A stretch of DNA of 59,663 nt, filler included, from Dimargaris cristalligena (Eukaryota): assembly GCA_003614675.1 (NCBI GenBank). It is 2 parts of 2 records of this genome, joined end to end, with 100 filler letters (N's around TTAATTAATTAA, not from the genome) between each part and the next. Parts side by side here need not be neighbours in the genome. Positions count along the whole stretch, not along the records: positions 1 to 29,800 come from ML002472.1; 1 more part is not named here. One strand, written 5' to 3'. The notes below the pieces were generated by a model. The model saw only the letters and a program-made list of their open reading frames with translations. It was not told the origin of the DNA and did no database searches. Shown here in pieces: positions 1 through 11,549 of the stretch; positions within the stretch are counted from its first letter, which is position 1; the number at the start of each line of letters is the position of its first letter. Position numbers and translations under genes: made by a program.

Positions 1-1476
1 ACTCTTCGCCACTCTCACCCGCCTAATATCACTTCCGCGGTAGCATGGGTCGGTGTTTCATACAACGGGGATGGAAAATATATAGTCCCAGCCATGGGTG
101 AGCAGCGGGGGACAAAGGTGTGTGTGTGAACCTGAGAAAATAAATGAGGATATACCAAGCCAAATAGATAAGGAATGGCGTAGATAGGTAGGCCGGTAGG
201 TGGTATTTTTCTCGCAAGTGTCAGAGTGGCCGGCTCGTCTAATTATTCCGGACCCTGCCGAGCACATGCCTCCAGCTCCATTAGGCCTAATCGAGATGGA
301 ACAGGTGATGCTCGATCTTTTTCAATATCGAACAATCAATTGCAGAGGTCACCTGCGCAAATTGATTAATGAGGGGAAGGTATATGGATATGGATGGCAA
401 TCGGCCCCTCCAATTCCCCCATCCCCCTTAAAACTACGTCTGGCCACAATTTGTAATTACTCTAGAGTCGGCTGGCCTTTTTTCCACATTGTGCTGGGCG
501 TGATCAGGCCTCAAATAGACCACGGAGCACGGCATCGCCCTGACACAGGAGGAGTACCAAATTAAGGCGTCCACAATGGGCCCGTTCGGACCACTCTACA
601 TGGTAGTTTATCCCATGCAGCACCACAATACCACCGGTGAATCAATTTCCCGGTGGACAGTAAGAAGAAAAGTTGAGACTTTACCAGCACGCAACTGTTT
701 AGAGAGGATAGCAACTTTCACACTCCCCCTACCAAAGCAAGGGGGGAGGAGATAATAAACAATACCCACATCACTGGTTGATTCCATGGGCTGTGTGAGC
801 CGCCCCTCCAGTAGAGAAGAGTAATATTATACTACCCATCACCCTTTTATTAATCACGCTTTGCCACCATAGTCACACGGGCTTACGCCTTCTCCAGGCC
901 CCACGATTTGTCAGTCAATCAACCAATTATCCCCAAATAAGTCCATGGTAGGTTGGTCGTGATACGCTCAAGACCCGGCAAGCTGTTCTTTACGCACTCC
1001 TTTTTCTATCCGGCGAAGGGGGAATAAGTCTCTCTAAATCGCTCCCCAGTCGATGGCCGAAAAGATAATGCAGTGCATGGAATAGCCATTAAATGCGGAC
1101 TATAATGTTTGCTGCCAACAATGGTCCGGCAAATTGTAAAAAGGGTACCTCTGTATAACCTATATGGCAAATTCCTGGGTCCATCTTTAACCCCATACCC
1201 CCAGATATAAATACACTGACTAACCCACGTTACCCGGCCTCCGCTTGACTCGTATTAAACCTGCGTTAGTTGTATTTCTCAGATATTGGCCCATCATTCA
1301 CTTTTAACCCGTTAGTTCCCAATACCATTATAATATCTACCGATTATTTAAACATTGAATACTCCTCCATATCTGCTAGATAGTACCGCCTTCTTCACAT
1401 TTTTTTTTAAAAAATAATATTATTATTTAGCAAGCCCCTCGCAATTTATTTACCAGACACCGTGCTCGTTGGCACT

Positions 1477-3660
1477 ATGCAGGCTGCTCGTCGAGTTCTA
1501 TTACCCACCGCCCGGGTGACGACCACCATCCACCGTTCCGTGATCGCACCGGTCTCTACTTCTTACACACCTTATCTATCCTTCGTCCGTTCCTCTGGCC
1601 TGACCAGTGTGCGACTATTCTCTGTCGGTCCCTCATTCTTAGCTCAAGCGACCCAAGCTGCTGCAGTGGCCACCCCAACCGAAATACCATCTACTTCCGC
1701 ATCCACCCAGTCCCAGACCCCTGTCGATATGATTCACCGCTCTCCTCACCCTCCCGTTGACATTCCGCTCGTTAGTATACCGGCGTTTCTCAACCACCAC
1801 CTGGACAACTCGCCCTATTGGAGTGATCCCCAACGCCCCGTCTATATTGATGGCACATCCGGCGAGGTACTCACTATCACTGAATTTCGGGCGGGTATTC
1901 GGGCAATTTCCGCCGGATGGCGGTCCCGCGCTGGGCTTCAAAAGGGCGATGTAGTCGCCGTGGTAGCCCCTAATGATGTAGGTGCACTCTCCACATAGTA
2001 CATTCTGGAATAATTGGCATGGTTTACCGATAGTAGCACCCCAAATTACTCCAATACACGATGAATACGAGGAATACCGCAATTAAAAAGCTTAAACTCG
2101 GATGATTAATTTATTTTACTATTACTCTTCTTATTATTATTGGCCACCTGCTGGAATCGCCCATACTTCCCACACTTTGACTAATTTCTCCCACCAAATT
2201 AGATTTACTACTCCACCGCCATTTTTAGCGTTCTCTCCGCCGGAGGCACTATTTCGCCAATCAACCCCGCCTACACCGTGAACGAAATGGTGTATCAGTT
2301 AACTGATTCGGGGGCAAAATATATTGTGGTGGACACTACCCTGGTGGACCATATCCGCCGGGCGGCCACCGAAGTCGGCATCCCCACTGACCGTATTTAC
2401 ACCTTGCAAAAGACCGACGACTCCGCCAGCCTCCATTCGCTTCGCATCAACCCGACTCACCCCTCACTAGCTCACCACCATGCGGGGGAGGAACTCCTGA
2501 CGCCCACTGAACTCCACCACCAACCGGCCTACCTGTGCTACTCATCCGGCACCACTGGGCGTTCCAAAGGGGTCGTCACGTCGCACCAGAACATTGTGGC
2601 TAACTTAATCCAAGTCGACACCCACCAGCGGCAGGAACAACAGAGTCACGCGGGCCAAGTCCTAGCGGGAGTCCTACCTTTTTACCACATTTACGGACTC
2701 AACATGCTCATCCATCTCACGTTGGTGCAGGGCAGCACGGTAGTGGTCACCCGCAAATTCGACCTCCAAACCTTCCTGGCCGGTATCCAAAAATACCGCA
2801 TCAATTTCGCCTACTTGGTACCCCCCATCGTGCTGCAACTGGTGAAACACCCTTCCGTAGCTTCGTACGATCTCTCGTCGCTCCGCGGTATCGCGTCGGG
2901 CGCGGCCCCCCTCTCGGTATCATTGGCCCGCGACATCATCGCCCAATACGGTTTAGATGTCACCCAAGCATTCGGTATGACCGAATCCTCACCAATTTTG
3001 TTTCTGTCCCGCCATGCCAACCGTAATTTAGACGCCATTGGGGTACCCATCCCTTCCGTCGAGGCCAAAATCATCGACCCCGTTGACGGTCAGCTTCTGG
3101 GACCCCATCAGCATGGGGAAATCTGCGTACGGGGACCTAACATCATGCGCGGGTACTGGAACAACCCCGCCGCGACGGCGGCTACCATTGATGCGGAGGG
3201 ATTTTTGCGGACGGGCGACGTGGGTTACGTGAACGAATCCGGGGAATTCTTTATTTCGGATCGGTTGAAGGAACTCATCAAATATAAGGGGTTCCAGGTG
3301 GCTCCGGCGGAATTGGAGGCCGTAGTTATTCAGCATCCCCGCGTAACGGACGTTGTCGTGATTGGAGTGTACCAGCCCGAACAGGCCACTGAAGTGCCGC
3401 GGGCGTACGTGGTGATTAAACCGTCCACATCAACATCGGATTCGGAATTGATCGAAAGTGATAAAGTTGCTCTGGCCCAAGATATCATGGGATTCGTTAG
3501 TGGACAAGTAGCACCCCATAAGAAACTTCGCGGCGGCGTGTTCTTTGTTGAGGAAGTGCCCAAATCATCGTCCGGCAAGATTTTACGGCAAGCCCTTCGC
3601 AAACAGCTTCAGAAACAATTGGCGGAAGAAGCCAAGGGTCTGATTAGCCCTAAGCTATAG
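1477..3660 (+). CDS. 4-coumarate-CoA ligase-like / luciferase-like AMP-dependent acyl-CoA synthetase; exons 1477-1977 and 2203-3660 (~652 aa)
   Basis: AMP-binding motif YSSGTTGRSKGV, plus LPFYHIYG, QAFGMTE, RTGDVG, DRLKELIKYKGFQVAPAELE and PKSSSGKILR. A GTAGGT...CTAAT...TAG intron (1978-2202) joins APND|IYYSTA in frame. C-terminus is -PKL. Confidence 0.93.
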
Positions 3661-5677
3661 CGATTCGCCATGGTTCAAGAATTTATTGGCCACCCCCTTT
3701 GGCACCCACGCTCTATCCTGCATCTTGCTCAGTAAAGTATTATGTACAGGTTATTATTTATTCACATCTCACGAATACGCTCTATATATTATAGCTGTAA
3801 TTAACCCATGGATCTAGACTAGTCGAATTTCACAATTAGTAGTATATTTGTTTACGCATCAACTTTATTTTATTTTATTGACATTGACATTCACACGGAC
3901 TTACAATAAACATTTTTTTTCCTCTAGTACACATACATATAAAGGATCGTCTTAGGAGATAGATTCATACCCAGGTACACTGTATTCAATGCCACCAGGT
4001 CTTAGCAAGAATGCAGTGGACTATGCTAATGGCTGGGGGATCTAAGTATGTTCATTAATATCAGTTGATAGCTAATATCCCTCCCCCCACATCTACCCGT
4101 TTCAAAAAATATACTTGGCGCCGTATCGTCGTGGTGTAAACACCAGTAGTACCAAAAATGACAAAGTTATACATCCCTGAGTAAGGCCCCTGAACCTACG
4201 CCGGAAAGGACGATTAGGCTATAGAGCCTCTGTCAAAAAGCAGTGGATCAGTAGGCGGTAAAAGGGGCTTGGGGCACAATAGAAGAAGGCCAGGTACTAA
4301 TGCCCATCATCCCCTGAACCCGCAGCACTTAATGGCCTTTGCCTGAATATCCTGATACCAAAATATTGTCGCTGAACTGGATTAACAATCAACGAGTGAG
4401 AGCAAGAGAGAGGTAGGTTGGGACTGATTAGGTTCTCTATAGCCAACTAAAAGTGCCTTGTTGCCCCTTACCTTAGCTAAGGCCCAGCCAACACGACTAG
4501 CGGTGGTCATAATTACGAACATAATATAATACTACAGGTCCTTGTGGTTGCCCAAGGCCATAATGGGGCGAAAGGGTCCGCCCCTCGAGTGACTTGAACT
4601 CGGAATAGTAAATAAGAAAACGGCGGTGAATGGCTGTTGCCTACTGTATTTGCCCTAGCAACCCAATCACACTTACACGCGCTCCCTCCCTCCCTCCCTT
4701 GCTGTTTACAAACCCCTAGGATAATTCAGGGCAAGTAGGTATTTGAATTTCGGAATTCGCTACAGTGAATAACAAATATCCTGAATTTCACTGAACGAAT
4801 CATCACTGACTGATTCGCTGGTATTATTTATCTTGAGAGCGACTACGAGCGCGCGCATACCTGGCACTACACTGAACCCTTGTTTGTATCCTTTTATTTT
4901 ATCTTCTGCTTTTTAAAGATGGTATAGTATCGCCTGCCCATTTAACCAGTCTCTCTGTATATCGGGGGGAGTGTCCCTGACCAGAACTGTAACCAGGGTT
5001 AAAGTCGTTAGTCAGTCTGGATAAGTAGTGTTTCTGGTCTAACTTGTCTATATAGCCCGAATTAGGTCAAAAAGGGGGCTAGGGTGCTTCAGTACTACAG
5101 TGCATCAGTGAGAGTAACCCTCGAACAACACAGCCGACGACTAAACTTGGGAATGACATTATACGAGATCAGCGACTGAACTGAACTGATACATTCCGCC
5201 AAGTCCGGAATGTGGTTGGGGACTGGCTTTAAGTTGGATAGGAAGCGAACAGACCACTAAATGTATAAGGTGCTTGCCCACTCACTTCCAATTCCCCCAA
5301 GATTATACTATGTACCATATAGCGATATTGAGGCTATTCAACTATTGCCTCATATAGCCAGTCATCCAGGTATAAATGGGTCGTAACATCCCTCCTCATT
5401 GAACAAGCATCTCAATTCGATTTCACCTCATTCAAGGGCTTGAAAACATTTTAGGAATCTCGTTCTTTTAGATCCTCCCCGTTGCTTCAATATAGGGACA
5501 ACCTCCACCCATTGTTCTCTAGTACTACTACTGCTCTCTTTTATGTTCATGAATCCTTGATTTTCACGATTATTCAGTTCCTATTAATAATCTACACTAA
5601 TAGTCCCTGGGCTTATCTATAGTCATATTTTAAGGATCCCTTACCGTCGCTCTAGTCCGTCACTTTTTATTTTCACC

Positions 5678-8110
5678 ATGCGTTTCTCTCTTACTATCTC
5701 GTCACTCCTCGTGATCGCCCTTGCCGCGGCTGGTTCCGCCCAGGGCCACGAAAATAACAACAACAATCGCGAACTGTATTCCATGGCCAAGAAAGCGCCC
5801 GGTTCCGAATTCGTCAAAGTAGTGGATAAGAGTGGTATGATCGGTATTGCCTTGGTTTGGGATTTCCGTAAGGTCCAGAAAGTTCTGCAAATGCCCCATC
5901 CCCCCCAGGGCCCTCCTCACCACACGCCTAACAAGACCCTGCGCTATGGCCGCCCTAACAATAATAATAATGCGCAATCTTTGGCCGCCGAAGCGGAGGA
6001 TGCCCAAGAAGGCCCCCAACAACAACAGCAGCACCTGCTGTTCCGTCGGCAGTACCAAAGTAGCAGTGCTCCTTACCAAGGACGCCCCAAGACCCGCCAG
6101 CACTACCGTCAGCCCAGTTACGCCAGCGCAGGTGGCCGGGTTAAGGTTAGTGGAGATCCCGGTTATTCCAAGTCCTACAAGCCCAAAACCCGCCACTATA
6201 ATGACCCTCCCGCTACCAACGGCCCCGTACACCACAGTCCCGTGAAATACGGCTCCGGCCCCTCCAAGTACCCTAATTACAACCGTCACTTAAAGGACTA
6301 CATGACCAACGGGCCCAATGACCCTTACCGTGAAAGCAGTGGTCCCAGTTACCGTCCGTCCATGACCTTTAACCCCCCCTACGGCAAGCACATTGCCCAC
6401 GGTTTGGTGGATAAGATGCCCCTAATGGAAAAGGAATCCGTTCACGACTGGCCCATGGCTCCCGGATACGGCTCCAACGACTGGTCCGGGAACGGGGACG
6501 GAGCGTACGGTGAGGAAGAACCCTGTGATCCTTTGGCGCCGGGTTATAACGGTGGCGGAAGAGGGCCCGGAGTCAATGGCGGTTACGGTGACCGCCCATA
6601 CCGGGGACCCCGCAAGTCGTGGGTTGGTAAACATAAGAATCACGGCACGACGCTGCTAGATACCCCAGGTGAAAATCCCGAGCAGCCCATGACGAACGCC
6701 GAGAATCCCGCTGATATGCCCGGGGCCGAGACCGATGACTCCGAATCTCCCAATTTCGGGGCCGAGAACCCCAGTGATGCCCCCGAGGCTGAGGCTGATG
6801 CCGATGCTGATGACTCAGAATCCCCTAATCTCGGAGCCACCGAGCCGGCTGACGAATCACCTGAGGTGGACGACTCTGAATCGCCTAATTTCGGGGCCGA
6901 GAACCCCAGTGATGCCCCCGAGGCCGAAGCTGAGGCCGATAACGATGACTCCGAATCCCCTAATTTCGGAGCATCGGAACCCAACGATAATGATGATGCT
7001 GCTGCTGGTGGTCCCGAGGCGGATGACTCGGACTCCGCCTCCACTCCTAACTTTGTGGCCGAGAACCCGGCCGACAATCCCGAAGCTGAGGCCGAAGCCG
7101 TCCCCGAAACTGATGCTGACGCTAATGACTCCGACTCGCCTACCCTCGGGGACGCGGAGCCTGCTGAAAACCCCAGCGAGCCTATGGATAATGCCAATGG
7201 AGATGAAGATATGGGTGAACCCGAACTGGCCGGCATGGAAAACCCCGCCGACCAACTCCCGGTTGATGTTGAGGATGCCAATGATAATGGTAATGACAAT
7301 GGCGATGCCCAGCCCGAGTTCCCCGCCGTCGAAGACGCCAGTGCCAATGACGGTAGCAACGACCAGGATGACCAGTCCGATGTTCCCGCCCTGAACACCG
7401 ATGCAGGAAGCGACGACAACAACAACGATGAGAATGGCCAAGACCAAGACCAAACTTCTAGTCCCTCTCTTCTCGATGTCCCCGAAATGCTGAACCCCGA
7501 GGCCCCAGTCGATCCCCAGGAAGAGCCCGCCGCCCCCGTCGACTCTGCTCCCCTGCCCGAGGCTCCCGTGGCGGAACCCAATTGGACTCCTTCTTCCACG
7601 ACCCCCATGCAATCCTACTCGAATAACAAGAAACCCAGTTCCACCTATTTTGTGCCCAACCACACTCCTACCTCTTGGCCCGTTCTAGTGAATTCGAATC
7701 CCAGTGCGGATATGGCCAGCCCCGTCGTCCCCGACAACGGTAACGCAAACACTTCCCCCACAGGCCCCAACTCCGGCAATGACTGGTCTAATACCCCCAA
7801 TACCGATACCGATGCCGGCAACGTCTGGGCCGATGATGTGATGAGTCCTTCTGCTAAAGATAACAACGGTGCCTCGCCCAACCTGCCCAAGGGCATCCGG
7901 CCACCTCGCAGTGTCATCAACACTATTGGTAACAATAAGAAGAAGCCCCACTACACCCCTCTGAACACCAATGAGCCCTGTGATGACGACAAGAAGCTCG
8001 GCTCTCCCTACAATGGCAACGGTAACCGTCAGGCCCGCCGCCCTTACTCGCCCTACAAGGGCTACGAACCCCGTAATGCCGGTGGCTACAGTGGTAGCAG
8101 CGGCTATTAA
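5678..8110 (+). CDS. Secreted low-complexity protein with acidic D/E-N-P repeats (810 aa), function unknown
   Basis: Intronless ORF in good start context (TTCACCATG). Hydrophobic signal peptide MRFSLTISSLLVIALAAAGSAQG. TATAAA at ~5371, C-ending codon bias, AT-rich 3' flank. Confidence 0.85.
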   Translation: MRFSLTISSLLVIALAAAGSAQGHENNNNNRELYSMAKKAPGSEFVKVVDKSGMIGIALVWDFRKVQKVLQMPHPPQGPPHHTPNKTLRYGRPNNNNNAQSLAAEAEDAQEGPQQQQQHLLFRRQYQSSSAPYQGRPKTRQHYRQPSYASAGGRVKVSGDPGYSKSYKPKTRHYNDPPATNGPVHHSPVKYGSGPSKYPNYNRHLKDYMTNGPNDPYRESSGPSYRPSMTFNPPYGKHIAHGLVDKMPLMEKESVHDWPMAPGYGSNDWSGNGDGAYGEEEPCDPLAPGYNGGGRGPGVNGGYGDRPYRGPRKSWVGKHKNHGTTLLDTPGENPEQPMTNAENPADMPGAETDDSESPNFGAENPSDAPEAEADADADDSESPNLGATEPADESPEVDDSESPNFGAENPSDAPEAEAEADNDDSESPNFGASEPNDNDDAAAGGPEADDSDSASTPNFVAENPADNPEAEAEAVPETDADANDSDSPTLGDAEPAENPSEPMDNANGDEDMGEPELAGMENPADQLPVDVEDANDNGNDNGDAQPEFPAVEDASANDGSNDQDDQSDVPALNTDAGSDDNNNDENGQDQDQTSSPSLLDVPEMLNPEAPVDPQEEPAAPVDSAPLPEAPVAEPNWTPSSTTPMQSYSNNKKPSSTYFVPNHTPTSWPVLVNSNPSADMASPVVPDNGNANTSPTGPNSGNDWSNTPNTDTDAGNVWADDVMSPSAKDNNGASPNLPKGIRPPRSVINTIGNNKKKPHYTPLNTNEPCDDDKKLGSPYNGNGNRQARRPYSPYKGYEPRNAGGYSGSSGY
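6735..7170 (+). repeat. Intragenic imperfect repeats encoding DDSESPN(F/L)GA(E/T/S)(N/E)P
   Basis: About 6 copies visible in the translation; DDSESPNFGAENPSDAPEAEA occurs twice, near-identical at DNA level (~6735 and ~6870). Confidence 0.9.
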
Positions 8111-9435
8111 GTCGTAACAGGGTTAATTTTATTTACATTTTTACATTTCTTATTAGTGTGTCTTTTCTTTTTCATTATGGTTACTAATTGTACCATGCAC
8201 ATTCTTTATTTCTGACTTGATTTCAGTATTTAGTATTAAGCTAACAGCTGTGCTGAGGGTTTCATTACGTAATGGCTTCTGGTGGTATTTTTTTAAATCG
8301 ATTTAATTTCCTCGTCACACCGAGTTGCATTGCCATTTATAAATATTCCCAAATAAATTATGTGCTATAAACTTAATATTGCCGAAACAGTATATTAGGA
8401 GCCAACCGATATCAGTAACAGCTGCCACTTGTAAGTATTACACTATCAGGTCTACAATAGCTGGTCCAATTTTTTCAAATACCATGGTGCGCTTTGTATA
8501 CGATTATTATATTAATTTAAAATACTTTAGGACGATCTGATGTTGCATATTTGCATCGTAATATTTATAATAATTGAACATTTATTTGGTTATCACACTA
8601 AGCCAGCACACGTAAATATAACAAAAATGAGTTATACCGCATGTAGATTTGACAGGAAACTCTCAAGAACACCAACTTCACCTATACTATTGAAGTCGAG
8701 ATCCTCGATAATACAATTGGGTCTGTATTCGTAATCCCCCCCTGTCCACTTTTTCGGGGTTATAGTTAATCGGTATATTATGGTGTTCTTAGTACGGTGT
8801 GAGTAGGCTAGGATTTGAGAGTAAATGTGAGGGAGCTCCATGGCGGTTTCGTTGGAATAGTAGATCTGAAGTTCTACCATGGCGTCAATAGTTGTTATTT
8901 GGCCAAACGAGGCTCCTTTACGGTGGGTGACCCTTGCCACTCCAACAATTACTCGTTGAACTTAATCGGCTTTAGGATGAGTGTATCAGTGAAAGCTTTG
9001 CGATAAACAATGGGTCGATGAAACAGTTTTATTACCATTTACTTTGATAGTCAGCTCACGAACATACTGTATAGCATAATAGTGTTGGAGAGATTTCTGG
9101 TTGCCATGTATGGATGGCAAAAAAACAATAAAGTAGATAAAAAAACAAGCGGATATAAATGGACAATTGGATAGTGGGGTAAGGGAGAGAGGGAAATAGG
9201 GAAATAGGGAAATAGGGGAGGGAAGGGGTGGAGGAAGGAGGGTAATCGTACCAAAAGACACCAAGGTGGAAAAAGACAATGAATTCGTGGAAACCTATCA
9301 TATATCTTTTATCTTTTTACACGTGGTACCGATCTAATCCGATGCCCGAGAAGGAGCGGGAGGATATCGAGCATTGGAGGGAGGATGGTCGAACTGATTA
9401 TGCCGGATCAAGCCAAGATGGGGGAAGATGAGTAT

Positions 9436-11549
9436 TTAGGCAGTGGTGGGTTCGGCGGCCTTGTCCTGCTTACGCAGTTCTTCCAAATCCTTAGCGGTCT
9501 TCGCTTCGAGGTCACGGATATCTTGAATGGACAGACCGTACCACTGGTCGGTCCAGCAGAAAAGTTGGCGATGGAATGAAATAAACAGGTTGTGGACGGC
9601 CTTGTGGATAAAGCTCTCGACAATACCCTGCAGACCGAACCAGACGAATTCGGCGGTCACCAGCTTGTAGCAGGTCATGGTGGGTTCGCAGGTCTTCATC
9701 CAGTCACCCTTGAGGGGGCCACGGCCGGTCTTCTCGGAGTGGTACTTGGTCGGGTCCTCTTCGGCAATGTACTTGTCGGGCTTGTCGTTGGCCAAGTCGA
9801 TCCGCACCACCTGGCGCTTCTTGATCACATTGGCGGGGGCACTGAGGGCGTTCTCGAGCTCACCGCGGTCATTACCAACGTGCATAGTTTCGTAGACAAT
9901 CTTGAATTTGTCACCCATGAAGGGGCTCTAGATAAATAAAGTGTTAACATGGGAGGTGTATAAACGGGGAGCGGGTTAACGATCTGATGCCATGGCGAAA
10001 TAGGCTGGGCGAGAGGAGCACAAGGTAATACCACCAGAAGCTGCAGAGCAGGGAAGGGGGGATCAGCAAGATAATAAGGGGGGCCATATCGGCACATGTA
10101 TATGAAATGTGATACTTACAGTCAGAACTGCGAGAGAGGGAGAATAAATGAGAGACGGGTGCGATGGCAGTGGTAAAATCAAGCATGATCCATGGGACAA
10201 TGGCAGTAATGTAGGCCGAGCAGGAATAGGAGGTGTTGGGCATGGGGGGAGAAGAGGCCAAGAGTAGAGTGCGTGCAGATACACGGCATCAAATTAGTTA
10301 CCTTACGGGGTAAATTGCATTGTATTATTTCGGATAATAGTGGTGGGGAAGGAGGCGGGGGAATGTCCCGCGTGAAATGATTTTCATCCCCCGCTCCCTC
10401 TCCTGGTAATGTTCTATATATTTTAGTGATGGGATGGTTCAGGAATTAACATGAAATGGAACGTACCAGTCTTGCAGTGAGGGTAGCCGTTCCAGGCTTC
10501 CTCGTACAGAAGCAGGGCGCTGGCGGGGGCCAGTTTGCTGATAAACGAGGGGAGACGGCTATGGATTTGGATATGGATCCGCAGGCATTATGGACAATAG
10601 CGTAGGAGATAGGAAGTGGATTTTACATGGGGAGCAGACAGTCAGTAAAGGGGCCGAGAACGAGGGGTATCGTAGGGGGGTGGTGGACGGAGAGATGTAG
10701 TAAGGAGGCTCTTTAGGGGCAATGAAGGGCCAACCTAAGCAACTTTTTAGGTTTCCAGGAGGGAGGGGGGAGGCTAAAGGCGCGGCCATTCTCGCCTGTT
10801 CAATTTGCGGGCCCGCTATTACCGAAGCTAAGTGGCGGGGGCGTATGTTTCGCTCACTCTCCTAACCCAACCGAACCCCCAACTTATCACCATATGCACA
10901 TCAAACATGACTGTTAAGTCCGTATAGTCCAAGGTGGTACAAGCCGAAGGAAGCCCTTCTAGCGACGAGGGTGGGGAAGAGTAGAAATGGGGAGGAATGG
11001 CCGAGTGTGAAGAAGAGGCACCACCATGGGCGAATACATGGATCGCCCGAGGGTATATTCGTTTAAGGTAAGCAAATACCCCGCTGCTGCCCTCATCGCC
11101 ACATCCCCAAGAGGTACCCCACACGCCCCCGCCAGCTGCCTGGAATTGGCCTATCCTCCCAACCCGTGGGATTGCCCGGTGGGAAGCGGCGATGATGAAG
11201 TCCGCTGGCATTTGCGGACCCAGCTCCGCGCTAGTTGGATGCAAGCATATATATATGCGCGGTCAATGTGCCCTTCATCCCAACCCGGTGTGCCATGGCC
11301 TCGAGGGTAAACAAACCTGGGTTAATACAAAAAAAGGAGGAGGAGTACTTACGAAGCAAGATGATAGACCTTGTAGGTATACTGGCCTTTGCCCATTTCG
11401 TTGTCGTAGGGCTCGTTCTTCTGAACCTCGACACCTTCACCGCCACCGGTCTCGTTCTTGGAGGCCTGGGCGACAGCATAGAGCTGGGCAACCTGGTACT
11501 CCTCAACAGTGCAGTTGTTAACGATGCGGTATTCCTTGATGACCACCAT
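9436..11549 (-). CDS. Phosphatidylinositol transfer protein (START-like PITP, class I signature); exons 11549-11353, 10558-10467, 10127-10120, 9927-9436 (~262 aa)
   Basis: Motifs [62 protein letters not shown] and [15 protein letters not shown]. All three GT-AG introns are phase-consistent. Confidence 0.95.
10120..10127 (-). other. 8-nt micro-exon (TTCTGACT) of the PITP gene
   Basis: Flanked by a pyrimidine tract+CAG and GTAAGT. Needed to restore the frame, giving CKT-VLT-SPFM. Confidence 0.88.

Noticed and set aside
200-565. 121-aa ORF and other short ORFs in 11800-14300 and 47100-51400
   Set aside because: Mostly non-ATG starts, no motifs, no coding-like bias; I could not build consistent spliced models.
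4886-4895. GTATCCTTTT as another U12 donor (also RTATCCTT near 13345, 24296, 36647)
   Set aside because: No associated coding exon or consensus branch sequence; a few such 8-mers are expected by chance.
6640-7663. Long antisense/overlapping ORFs here and over PMT1, RAX2, RAD18 and ING
   Set aside because: Shadows of GC-rich, codon-biased or repetitive real genes.
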